Below, one piece after another: positions 29,152-37,603 of a stretch of DNA of 45,749 bases; the first letter of the stretch is position 1, and the number at the start of each line of letters is the position of its first letter. The position numbers and the translations under genes are program-made. Origin of the DNA: an uncultured bacterium (GTDB lineage Bacteria > SAR324 > NAC60-12); NCBI GenBank assembly GCA_965662845.1, contig CBFIJD010000026.1:1-45749 (forward strand), in the 5' to 3' direction. The notes beneath the pieces were generated by a model. It made no database searches. It was given only the letters and a program-made list of their open reading frames with translations, and was not told where the DNA came from.

Positions 29152-30492
29152 ATGTCCGCCTCTAACTTGTTCCCCACCCAGCTGCTTGCTGGCAGCGACA
29201 GCACACACCGATTGCCGAGCCGGCTGCCGTTTTTGCAATATGCGACCGCAGTTCTCTTAACAAATGACCCCACCTCCGGCGAGGCGCTAGCTCAGTCGTG
29301 GAAAGCTCACCACTGTGAGACTCGGCTCTGGAACCCAAGCCTCTCCGTTCGTGTGACGGAAGCCGATGTCGCTGAGCTCACCGAGCAATGGCGAGAATTT
29401 GCAGGAGCGCGCTGGCTCATCGTCTTGGGAGATCGCACGTTGCTAGAGTCCGCCAAGCTGTTCTGGTGGAAATTGGGGACACAAGCAGAGACCCCCTCGC
29501 CGAGCATGATCTGGATTCCTACCACGCTTGAGGCGTTGGAAGCGCTGCATCCGACGGTGCGTTGGTGGGATCACGAGGAAGCTCGCTGGCAACGGACATA
29601 CCAAGCCGCGCGCCCGATCTCTCTGGTCATCGACGAGAGCCGGCTGACTCTCCCCCTCAACGCAAACGACGTCTCCCTTGGTTTCAGTCTCCTCCCCACC
29701 GCTCTCGCCACCGTGCTGCATCAAGACGCCCACACGCCGGCTTCCACGCTAGGCGCCCAAACCTTGCGCTTCCTGCCGCGCCAATTGTTGCTTGCGGCGA
29801 ACAAGCCCGATCAACCAGCGCCCATCCAGCAGCTGATGCAGCAAATTGCGCAATTCCTGGTGAACACGCACAGCCACGACTGGCTACACACCCTCGCCGA
29901 TGTGAGCGAAGATGTCCTAGAGCAGCCGGCCCATTTCTTCCGCGGGTTGTTGCTGCGCTCGTGGTTAGAACAACAGGCGGAGCAAGACAACCCACGCGCC
30001 GGGTTGGTGTTGGAAGCGCTCCAACTGCTGCACCTGCGCCCTGCCGCTGTGGGCAATAGCCTCGTGGAACACTATCCCTTAGAGGCTCTTCTGGAACGCA
30101 CTCCGTTGGGGCGCCCCCGTCGCTTTCTCGAACAATTTGATGTGCCCCAACTGCGGCAAGTTCGTAAAACGAAGCGACAACTCACCCAGCGCGTCTTGCG
30201 CAATCTTGAAAATGTGGATCGTTGGGTGCAACGACAAACGCTGCAAGCAGCCGTCGAGCAGCTGCAAGTCACCCAACGCAAGCTGAGCTATCTCGCCGGT
30301 CTGCCGCTCAACTTCCGCAGCCTGGGCTTGCCAGACCCCCTTCCGCGGCAGGAAGTGATCCTGCAAGAGACCGCTGCGCGCTTGCAACAGAACGGGCAAG
30401 TTGTGCCGACGCTACCGCAATTGACCCAAGTGCTTACGGACGTTCAACAGCGTGACCTAGAACCTCTGATCACGGATGATCCGCTGGAGTAG
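29152..30492 (+). CDS. Highly diverged iron-containing alcohol dehydrogenase-fold protein, probably non-catalytic
   Basis: FPTQLLAG, LIVLGDRTLLESAK, IWIPTT, P...VID, LPLNFRSLG echo the Fe-ADH motifs, but GGGS and the metal-ligand His pattern are not evident. Confidence 0.5.
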   Translation: MSASNLFPTQLLAGSDSTHRLPSRLPFLQYATAVLLTNDPTSGEALAQSWKAHHCETRLWNPSLSVRVTEADVAELTEQWREFAGARWLIVLGDRTLLESAKLFWWKLGTQAETPSPSMIWIPTTLEALEALHPTVRWWDHEEARWQRTYQAARPISLVIDESRLTLPLNANDVSLGFSLLPTALATVLHQDAHTPASTLGAQTLRFLPRQLLLAANKPDQPAPIQQLMQQIAQFLVNTHSHDWLHTLADVSEDVLEQPAHFFRGLLLRSWLEQQAEQDNPRAGLVLEALQLLHLRPAAVGNSLVEHYPLEALLERTPLGRPRRFLEQFDVPQLRQVRKTKRQLTQRVLRNLENVDRWVQRQTLQAAVEQLQVTQRKLSYLAGLPLNFRSLGLPDPLPRQEVILQETAARLQQNGQVVPTLPQLTQVLTDVQQRDLEPLITDDPLE

Positions 30493-30624
30493 AAGCGCCC
30501 CAAAAATTCCTTGCAGTCTAGGAATCCGGCTGCTAGCTTGTGCGCCTTTTGAATGTCACATTCGCTACACAAATCTAGCTCCATCGCAGATTCCCTCCGC
30601 AATTCCGCACCATCGAGAACTCTC

Positions 30625-31989
30625 ATGCGCGCCACATCCCGATTTGTTGCCTCTCTCGGCAAGTCCTTTCTACTTCTGCTCGCCATTTCTTTGACGCCAG
30701 CAGCGATCTCAGCCCAAGACCTAGAAGATGGCCTCTATGCCAACATGGAGACCAACAAAGGGTTGATCACACTGCGCCTGTTTTACAAGCGAGTCCCTCG
30801 GACTGTCGCCAACTTTGTTGGTCTTGCTGAAGGCAGCAAAGAATGGAAAGACCCGATCACCGGAGAAGAAAAGAAGAGCGCTTTCTATGACGGGCTCCCC
30901 TTCCATCGCGTGATTGATGACTTCATGATTCAAGGCGGCGACCCCCTCGGAACCGGGACCGGCGGCCCAGGCTATCGCTTTGCGGACGAGTTTCACCCAG
31001 AACTACGCCACGACAAGCCGGGCATCTTATCCATGGCAAACGCAGGCCCAGACACCAACGGCAGTCAGTTCTTCATCACGCACAAAGAGACTCCGTGGCT
31101 GGACAACAAACACTCCATCTTTGGTGAAGTCATCGAAGGCATGGAGGTTGTCAATGAGATCAAGCAAGGCGACAGCATCACAAAAGTCCGTATTTTGCGC
31201 CAAGGTAAGGAAGCCGAAGCGTTCGATCCGGTGACCATCGCAGAAAACGCTGACGCTGCGCGAGAAGCGCTCGCGGAGCAAAACCGCAAAGAACTCCCGG
31301 AACCCACCACCGAAACGGATCCTGCGCGAGTCCCTGCGGCAGATCAAGCGGCGGTGGATCGTGTCGCTCTAGAAATGCTCGTCATCGCCTACCAAGGAGC
31401 ACGAGTCCCTAAGCAAAACATTTATTACGATCTGGAAGGCGCCAGAGCCGTCAGCACGCAGCTCGTTGATCTAGCGCGTCGCCAAGGAGCCGACTTCACA
31501 GCGCTCACCGACGAATTCACCGATTTGCCGGAACAGACACAGATCCCCATGATCGAACAAGCGAACCCGCAGCTTCCTCCGTTCTTGCGCTCAGCGTTCT
31601 TCCTAGAAGAAGGGCAAATCAGCGATCCCATCGAAACCCCGCTAGGCTTCCTAATTTTGAAGCGCGTTCCCCTCGAACTCGTCACCGCGAGCCACGTGCT
31701 GATTTCTTACCAAGGCGCTTCTCGCTCGCAACAAACGCGGAGCAAAGCAGAAGCCCAAGCCCTAGCTGAGCAGCTGCTGAACGAAATTCGCGACGGACGC
31801 GACCTCGCCGAAGTCGCACGCGAACACTCCGACGGCCCCTCCGGGCCCCAAGGCGGACAGCTCGGAGAATTCCCGCGTGGGATGATGGTCCCTGAGTTCG
31901 ACGCGGCGGTGTTTGCCTTGCAGGCAGGCGAAGTCGGAGACCTCGTAGAGACCCCCTTCGGCTATCACATTATTCAACGCGATAAGTAA
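30625..31989 (+). CDS. Exported peptidyl-prolyl isomerase: cyclophilin domain plus two parvulin-like domains
   Basis: Signal peptide; FHRVIDDFMIQGGDP, SMANAGPDTNGSQFFITH, WLD.KH; then ASHVLISY, HSDGPS..GG.LG, MVPEFD, TPFGYHII, plus an earlier degenerate parvulin ending TPLGFLIL. Confidence 0.9.
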   Translation: MRATSRFVASLGKSFLLLLAISLTPAAISAQDLEDGLYANMETNKGLITLRLFYKRVPRTVANFVGLAEGSKEWKDPITGEEKKSAFYDGLPFHRVIDDFMIQGGDPLGTGTGGPGYRFADEFHPELRHDKPGILSMANAGPDTNGSQFFITHKETPWLDNKHSIFGEVIEGMEVVNEIKQGDSITKVRILRQGKEAEAFDPVTIAENADAAREALAEQNRKELPEPTTETDPARVPAADQAAVDRVALEMLVIAYQGARVPKQNIYYDLEGARAVSTQLVDLARRQGADFTALTDEFTDLPEQTQIPMIEQANPQLPPFLRSAFFLEEGQISDPIETPLGFLILKRVPLELVTASHVLISYQGASRSQQTRSKAEAQALAEQLLNEIRDGRDLAEVAREHSDGPSGPQGGQLGEFPRGMMVPEFDAAVFALQAGEVGDLVETPFGYHIIQRDK

Positions 31990-31994
31990 TCCCA

Positions 31995-32735
31995 ATGCAC
32001 GAAGCCTCGTCCACGGCCGCCATTGTCATCATTGGCAACGAGATCCTCTCGGGCAAAGTTCGAGACGAAAACTCGCTGTTTTTGTGTCAGGAATTGCGCA
32101 AACTGGGCGTTGACGTGCGCCGCATCCTCACGATCCCCGACGAGATGGGTGTGATTGGGGACACCGTGCGCGAGGCTTCCGAGAACCACACGTGGGTGTT
32201 CACCAGCGGCGGCATTGGTCCCACTCACGACGACATCACCATCCCTGCCATCGCTCAGGGCTTCAACACTCCCACCGAACGCTCCGAACAACTCGCCGAG
32301 GTCATCCACGGTTACTACGGTGAGCACATCAACGAAGAGCTGCTCCGGATGGCGCTCATCCCTCAAGGCGCAGAAGTCCTCTTTGACGAAGAGTCTCGCG
32401 CCCCACAAGTCCAGTTTCGCAACGTCCTCATCTTCCCTGGCGTCCCCACCTATCTGAGGCACCGGTTCTTGGCATTTCGCGAGAGGTTCCGCGCGTCGCC
32501 GATTCACCTCCAACAGATCTTTCTCAACTGCGACGAAGGCCAAATTGCGCACCTGCTTGACCAGACGCTGCAAGCCTACCCCGATTTGCAGCTGGGCTCT
32601 TACCCCCGCACTCACCCAGACGACGACTATCTAGTGAAACTGACCCTCGAATCGCGGCAAGAGCACTATCTGCGAGATGCTTGCGATTTTCTAAGGCAGC
32701 GGCTCCCTGAAAACGCTCTATTACGCCTGACCTAA
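31995..32735 (+). CDS. CinA-like molybdopterin-binding domain protein (no PncC domain)
   Basis: IGNEILSG...DEN, SGGIGPTHDDIT, FPGVP, LGSYP. Confidence 0.85.
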   Translation: MHEASSTAAIVIIGNEILSGKVRDENSLFLCQELRKLGVDVRRILTIPDEMGVIGDTVREASENHTWVFTSGGIGPTHDDITIPAIAQGFNTPTERSEQLAEVIHGYYGEHINEELLRMALIPQGAEVLFDEESRAPQVQFRNVLIFPGVPTYLRHRFLAFRERFRASPIHLQQIFLNCDEGQIAHLLDQTLQAYPDLQLGSYPRTHPDDDYLVKLTLESRQEHYLRDACDFLRQRLPENALLRLT

Positions 32736-32760
32736 CGCTCAATCATCCCCTTCTTTGAGA

Positions 32761-34407
32761 ATGCTGATGACTCCGCAGAAACTGGCCTCCCATTTTTCCG
32801 GACGAGGCCCACTGTTGCACATTGTGTTGGACGGCTGGGGCATCGGGCCTCCCACCGAGACCAACGCGATGTTCCACGCAAACCTGCCAATCACAAGACG
32901 CCTGGCGCAAGACTTCCCTTGCACACAGCTCTGGACACACGGCAAATATGTGGGGTTGCCCGGCGACAAAGACTTGGGTGGCTCCGAGGTCGGACACATG
33001 ACCATGGGGGCCGGCGTCGTCATGGAACAGGGGCCGTCACTCATCAAGCGCCTGATGGATTCCGGCGAGTTTTTTCAGGGAGCGGTGCTCCAGCAGATGA
33101 TCGCACACGCGAAACAACACGAAACGCCGCTGCACCTTCTCGGCCTGCTCTCTGATGGAAATGTCCACAGTCACCTCAACCACACCGTCGCTCTCATCGA
33201 GCACGCCTTCGCGCAAGGCCTCCGCCGCTGCTATGTCCATGCGCTCTTAGATGGCCGGGACGTCGCGATTCAATCTGCGCTGGAATACACCGAGACGCTG
33301 GAAGCGCTCTTTCATCAGTTGAAGTCCCAGCGGCCTGAGATCGACTATGCCTTCGCCAGTGGTGGCGGACGAGAGCAGATCACGATGGATCGAGACCAAA
33401 ACTGGTCTAAAATTGAGCGAGGCTGGAACACCCACGTGCATGGCCAATCTGACAATCAGTTCGGCAGCATCAGAGAGGCCATCGAACACTTCCGCAGTCA
33501 AACTCCTGACATCGTAGACCAAGACTTGCCAGACTTCGTGCTGGTGAGAGACGGCCAACCAATTGGCCCGATGAAAGACAATCACTGCCTCATTTTCACC
33601 AACTTTCGCGCTGATCGTGCCATCGAGTTTACGCACGCGGTGCTAGATGACGACTTCCCCCACTTTGATCGAGGAACGCGACCGCAGCTGCGCTACGCAG
33701 GCATGATGACCTATGACCAAGACTTACTGCTGCCCCCCGATTATTTGGTCGGAACCCCCACCGTCGCCAACCCATTTGGCAAACGCATCTTAGAGCTTGG
33801 CAAACAGCAGTTTCGTCTCACGGAGACCCAAAAATTCGCCCACGTCACGTTCTTCTTCAATGGCGGCTATCGCGAACCGCTAGATGCACAAAAAGAGAAT
33901 TATGCGCTGATCGCCTCTGATAAGGTCGCCTCCTTCGCCCAAGCACCGGCGATGAAAGCCCGCGAAATCACAGACAAAGCGATCGAGTTCTTGCGCTCCG
34001 GCAAATACCACTACGGCCTCATCAACTACGCGAACGCCGACATGGTCGGTCACTCCGGGAACCTTGAGGCGGCAATCAACGCGGTTGAAGTCGTTGACCA
34101 ACAACTCGGGCGGCTCCTGCCTGTGTTGCGCGAGGTCAATGGCATAGCGCTCATTACGGCAGATCATGGCAACGCGGATGAGATGAAAGTAAAACGCAAA
34201 GACAGCGACGACTGGGAACCCAGCACCAAACACTCGCTGAATCCGGTTCCCCTGATCATCTACGATCCACTCTACCGTGAGCAGTACCAACTCCGCTCAC
34301 CTGGCCCAGACCAAAACTGGAACCTGAGCCATATCGCCGCTACGAACTTGATCCTGATGGGCCTGGAACCGCCGGAAGACTTGAACGAATCCCTCTTCAG
34401 GTTCTGA
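32761..34407 (+). CDS. gpmI: 2,3-bisphosphoglycerate-independent phosphoglycerate mutase
   Basis: LDGWG, SEVGH, SDGNVHSH, LDGRD, NFRADR, ETQKFAHVTFF, ANADMVGH, TADHGN. Confidence 0.95.
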   Translation: MLMTPQKLASHFSGRGPLLHIVLDGWGIGPPTETNAMFHANLPITRRLAQDFPCTQLWTHGKYVGLPGDKDLGGSEVGHMTMGAGVVMEQGPSLIKRLMDSGEFFQGAVLQQMIAHAKQHETPLHLLGLLSDGNVHSHLNHTVALIEHAFAQGLRRCYVHALLDGRDVAIQSALEYTETLEALFHQLKSQRPEIDYAFASGGGREQITMDRDQNWSKIERGWNTHVHGQSDNQFGSIREAIEHFRSQTPDIVDQDLPDFVLVRDGQPIGPMKDNHCLIFTNFRADRAIEFTHAVLDDDFPHFDRGTRPQLRYAGMMTYDQDLLLPPDYLVGTPTVANPFGKRILELGKQQFRLTETQKFAHVTFFFNGGYREPLDAQKENYALIASDKVASFAQAPAMKAREITDKAIEFLRSGKYHYGLINYANADMVGHSGNLEAAINAVEVVDQQLGRLLPVLREVNGIALITADHGNADEMKVKRKDSDDWEPSTKHSLNPVPLIIYDPLYREQYQLRSPGPDQNWNLSHIAATNLILMGLEPPEDLNESLFRF

Positions 34408-34518
34408 CTTTGCAAGACTCTTCTCTCCTGCAGATTCTCGCCCCGCTGCAGTCGATTTCGTCCCCGCTAGCGGGGCTTTGTATCTGGATTGCTCACTCAC
34501 CATCCCTCAACTCGCACC

Positions 34519-35889
34519 ATGTCTAACATCACCTGTATTGGCGCAGGCTATGTCGGCGGCCCTACGATGGCCATGCTGGCGAAGTATTGCCCCGAACACC
34601 AGTTCACTGTCGTCGACATCAACGCTGAACGCATTCGCCGCTGGGACTCCGACAATCTCCCCATTTACGAACCCGGCTTGCTCGCCGTTGTGCAGGAAGC
34701 GCGCGGACGCAACCTCTCTTTCTCCACAGATGTGCACGCGGCGATTCAAGACGCAGATCTCATCTTTGTCGCGGTCAACACGCCCACCAAAATGTTTGGA
34801 GAAGGCGCTGGGAAAGCCGCAGATCTGCAATATTGGGAAAAAACCGCCCGCGACATTTTAGAGCACGCGCGGCGCCCAGAAGTCATTGTGGTAGAAAAGA
34901 GCACACTCCCTGTGCGCACCGCCGAAGCGATGGCTCGCATCCTCCAGTCGGGGTCTTCGCACAGCAAATTCGCGGTCGTCTCTAATCCCGAATTTCTCGC
35001 AGAAGGGACGGCGATCGCCGACTTGCAAGAGCCGGATCGTGTCCTCATCGGTGGGGAAGAGACCCCCTTTGGTCGCAAAGCTGCCGAAACGGTGGCCGAC
35101 TTGTACGCACACTGGGTACCTCGCGAACGCCTGCTGCTCACCAACGTCTGGAGCTCAGAGCTGTCGAAGCTGGTCGCGAACGCGATGCTGGCGCAGCGCA
35201 TCTCTTCGGTCAACAGCATCTCGGCTCTGTGCGAACAAACGGAAGCAGACATCAATGAGATCAGCCGCGCCATCGGGATGGATCGTCGCATTGGGCCTTA
35301 CTTCTTACAGGCCAGCGTGGGCTTTGGCGGATCCTGCTTTCGCAAAGACATCCTGCACCTGTCTTACCTGTGTGAGTTCTACGGGCTGCCCGAAGTCGCC
35401 GATTACTGGGCGAGTGTGGTGCGCATCAACGAGTATCAAACCGACCGGTTCTTCCAAAATATTCTCAAGCAACAGTTCAACACCATTGCCGGTAAGCGCA
35501 TCACTTTGTTTGGCTTTGCGTTCAAACCAGACACGGGTGATACGCGTGACTCGCCAGCCATCGCGCTGTGTCAGAAGCTGCTCAACGAACGAGCACAAGT
35601 GCGGGTTCATGACCCCAAAGCCAAAGAAAACGCGGAGCGCGACCTGGCGCAGATGGAAGGTGATATCGCCTTTGTAGAAGATCCGTACGCCGCCGCCGAA
35701 GGAGCGCACGCCATCGCGCTAGTCACTCAATGGAAAGACTACCTTGAGCTCGACTATCAGCGCATTTTCCAGCGCATGCTACAGCCCGCGTTCTTGTTTG
35801 ATGGTCGCAATCACCTTGACCATCAAGCTCTGTACGAGCTGGGCTTCAATGTGTTCCCGCTCGGAAAAGCTCCGCTCAAGCACGTTTGA
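34519..35889 (+). CDS. ugd: UDP-glucose 6-dehydrogenase
   Basis: IGAGYVGG, EKSTLP, SNPEFLAEG, SELSKL, GFGGSCF.KD, FAFK..T.D.R, DGRN. Confidence 0.95.
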   Translation: MSNITCIGAGYVGGPTMAMLAKYCPEHQFTVVDINAERIRRWDSDNLPIYEPGLLAVVQEARGRNLSFSTDVHAAIQDADLIFVAVNTPTKMFGEGAGKAADLQYWEKTARDILEHARRPEVIVVEKSTLPVRTAEAMARILQSGSSHSKFAVVSNPEFLAEGTAIADLQEPDRVLIGGEETPFGRKAAETVADLYAHWVPRERLLLTNVWSSELSKLVANAMLAQRISSVNSISALCEQTEADINEISRAIGMDRRIGPYFLQASVGFGGSCFRKDILHLSYLCEFYGLPEVADYWASVVRINEYQTDRFFQNILKQQFNTIAGKRITLFGFAFKPDTGDTRDSPAIALCQKLLNERAQVRVHDPKAKENAERDLAQMEGDIAFVEDPYAAAEGAHAIALVTQWKDYLELDYQRIFQRMLQPAFLFDGRNHLDHQALYELGFNVFPLGKAPLKHV

Positions 35890-35900
35890 TCTGCCACTGT

Positions 35901-35927
35901 GGCGGGGCGCGCAAGCCTCGCCTTTTT
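35901..35927 (+). terminator. Intrinsic terminator between ugd and dapD
   Basis: Stem GGCGGGGC / GCCTCGCC (one G-U pair), loop GCGCAA, followed by TTTTT. Confidence 0.65.
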
Positions 35928-35950
35928 CAACCAACCTGAAGGGTAATTCC

Positions 35951-37081
35951 ATGAGCAGCTTTGAGGAGAACCTAAAATCGGTACCGTTTAGTGACAAAAC
36001 GGTGCTTCTCCGCATCTTCAATTCTAAAGACGAACTGATGGGAGTCTTGCCCAACTTTCCAGCCAAGCAAGGTTCGCTGCGCGTGTTTGCCCACGTGGCA
36101 AACGCCCAAGATCACATTGGCAGAAACGAGGCGAACGCAGCCTTGCAGCTGTTCGGAGAATACGTCGAGCGCGCGAAGCAAAATCCGGGAGTTCACCAAA
36201 AGCTCGAGCTCTTACTCAACCTGCGTGATGGCGATTACCTGCGCTTAGAGCGCGTCGAAAGCCCACACTCGAACCTGCTCGCCAACATTCATGATCGCAA
36301 AGCCAACGCCGAAGAGACCGAATCTTTCATCGAGCTGCTCAATCAAGGGCGTGTCCGCGCTGCGGAAAAGGTGCGCGACCGCTGGGAACCGCAGACCTAT
36401 GTCATTGATGGCGTCCTCAACTACTTTGGAACCCATCCCAACAAGCGCTTAGAGACGAGCTATTGGGACAAAGTCCCTCTCAAGATTGCCAACTACACCG
36501 ACCAAGAGTTTGAGGCCAGCGGTGTGCGCTATGCCCCAGGGAGCATCGTGCGCACGGGCGCTTACATCGGCCCGCAAACCGTCGTGATGAATCAAGCGTT
36601 CGTCAACATTGGGGCTTACATCGCAGGTGGGGGCGTCATGATTGACGGAGGCGCACGCGTTGCTTCCTGTGCCCAGATCGGCAAGGGCGTCAAATTTGGC
36701 GCAGGCTCTGGAATTGAAGGCATTTTGGAGCCAGCCGGACGCTTGCCCTCCATCGTGGAAGACGGAGCCAAGATTGGGGCGATGTGCGAGGTTGCCGGCA
36801 TCGTCGGAGAAGGAGCGGTGGTCGCCAGTGGTGTCATCATGGCATCAGGCAAGAAGATCGTAGACGAAGACACTGGCGAAGTGCTCCCACCGCTGGAGTG
36901 TCGTGTGGGCAATGACACCTTCCTCTTGCCTGTCATCCCACCTTATCGTCTCGCAGTAGGCGGCTCACTCCTGAGCAAAAATGGGCGCATCGCGACGGAC
37001 GCGATCGTGCTCAAGCCGGGTGATTTGCGAGATTCTGCGACGATGAATCACTTCAAGAAGCAGGGGATTTTGTACTCCTGA
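35951..37081 (+). CDS. dapD: Tetrahydrodipicolinate N-succinyltransferase with N-terminal DUF2322-like domain
   Basis: YWDKVPLK, VRTGAYIG, VNIGAY, SCAQIGK, GILEP and hexapeptide repeats; extra ~100-aa N-terminal domain (FEENL...KQGSL...F.E....A.QNPG.H). Confidence 0.82.
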   Translation: MSSFEENLKSVPFSDKTVLLRIFNSKDELMGVLPNFPAKQGSLRVFAHVANAQDHIGRNEANAALQLFGEYVERAKQNPGVHQKLELLLNLRDGDYLRLERVESPHSNLLANIHDRKANAEETESFIELLNQGRVRAAEKVRDRWEPQTYVIDGVLNYFGTHPNKRLETSYWDKVPLKIANYTDQEFEASGVRYAPGSIVRTGAYIGPQTVVMNQAFVNIGAYIAGGGVMIDGGARVASCAQIGKGVKFGAGSGIEGILEPAGRLPSIVEDGAKIGAMCEVAGIVGEGAVVASGVIMASGKKIVDEDTGEVLPPLECRVGNDTFLLPVIPPYRLAVGGSLLSKNGRIATDAIVLKPGDLRDSATMNHFKKQGILYS

Positions 37082-37099
37082 GCGGAGCCTGTAGGCAGG

Positions 37100-37130
37100 G
37101 CGGCTTCTCACAGAGATCACGGGAAGCCGC
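37100..37130. terminator. Hairpin between convergent genes (possible bidirectional terminator)
   Basis: GCGGCTTC...GAAGCCGC 8-bp stem; no clear U-tract. Confidence 0.4.
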
Positions 37131-37148
37131 TTCGAGAGGCGAGGGGGA

Positions 37149-37472
37149 TTATTTGGCGGCGACTTCTTTCTGCGAGCCTTTCACTTCTTCTACGATAGTG
37201 CGATCCATTGGCAGCTGTACGTAGCCGTTCTCTTCACTCCAAAAATAGTAATATCCCAAAGGCACTCCCGTATCTTCGCTCTTCGCTGACGTAATTTTCC
37301 CATCGCGAATCGTCCACGTCTTCACAACTTTCCCTTCATCGACATAAGAGACCTTGAGGTCTTTCCCCAGCACGTTGTCCGCCGAGCGGAAGAACTTATT
37401 GCGGCTCTCTTCCGTACAGCCTGTCAACAGGATGACGCCTGCGGCCATCGTTAGGCCAATCCACATACGCAT
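37149..37472 (-). CDS. Hypothetical lipoprotein
   Basis: Lipobox LTGC after a hydrophobic signal; GGGG SD-like sequence upstream. Confidence 0.75.
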   Translation of the reverse strand: MRMWIGLTMAAGVILLTGCTEESRNKFFRSADNVLGKDLKVSYVDEGKVVKTWTIRDGKITSAKSEDTGVPLGYYYFWSEENGYVQLPMDRTIVEEVKGSQKEVAAK

Positions 37473-37603
37473 AGATACCCCTTCTGTAGAAAATGATGGA
37501 AATCAAACAGTAAAATAGCTTTGAAAGTAGCGGAACTGGAGGGAGAGCGCAAGTGGGAGGGCACAGCCCCTCTCGCAGAGAGAGACTGTGTAAGAGCGAG
37601 GGC

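Noticed and set aside
28216..30492. Nuclease plus unknown gene as an anti-phage defence system
   Set aside because: The nuclease appears secreted, the genes are divergent, and they sit among housekeeping genes rather than in an island.
32761..35889. Eukaryote-like gpmI and ugd as recent horizontal transfer from eukaryotes
   Set aside because: These subtypes also occur in many bacteria, and codon style matches the neighbouring genes.
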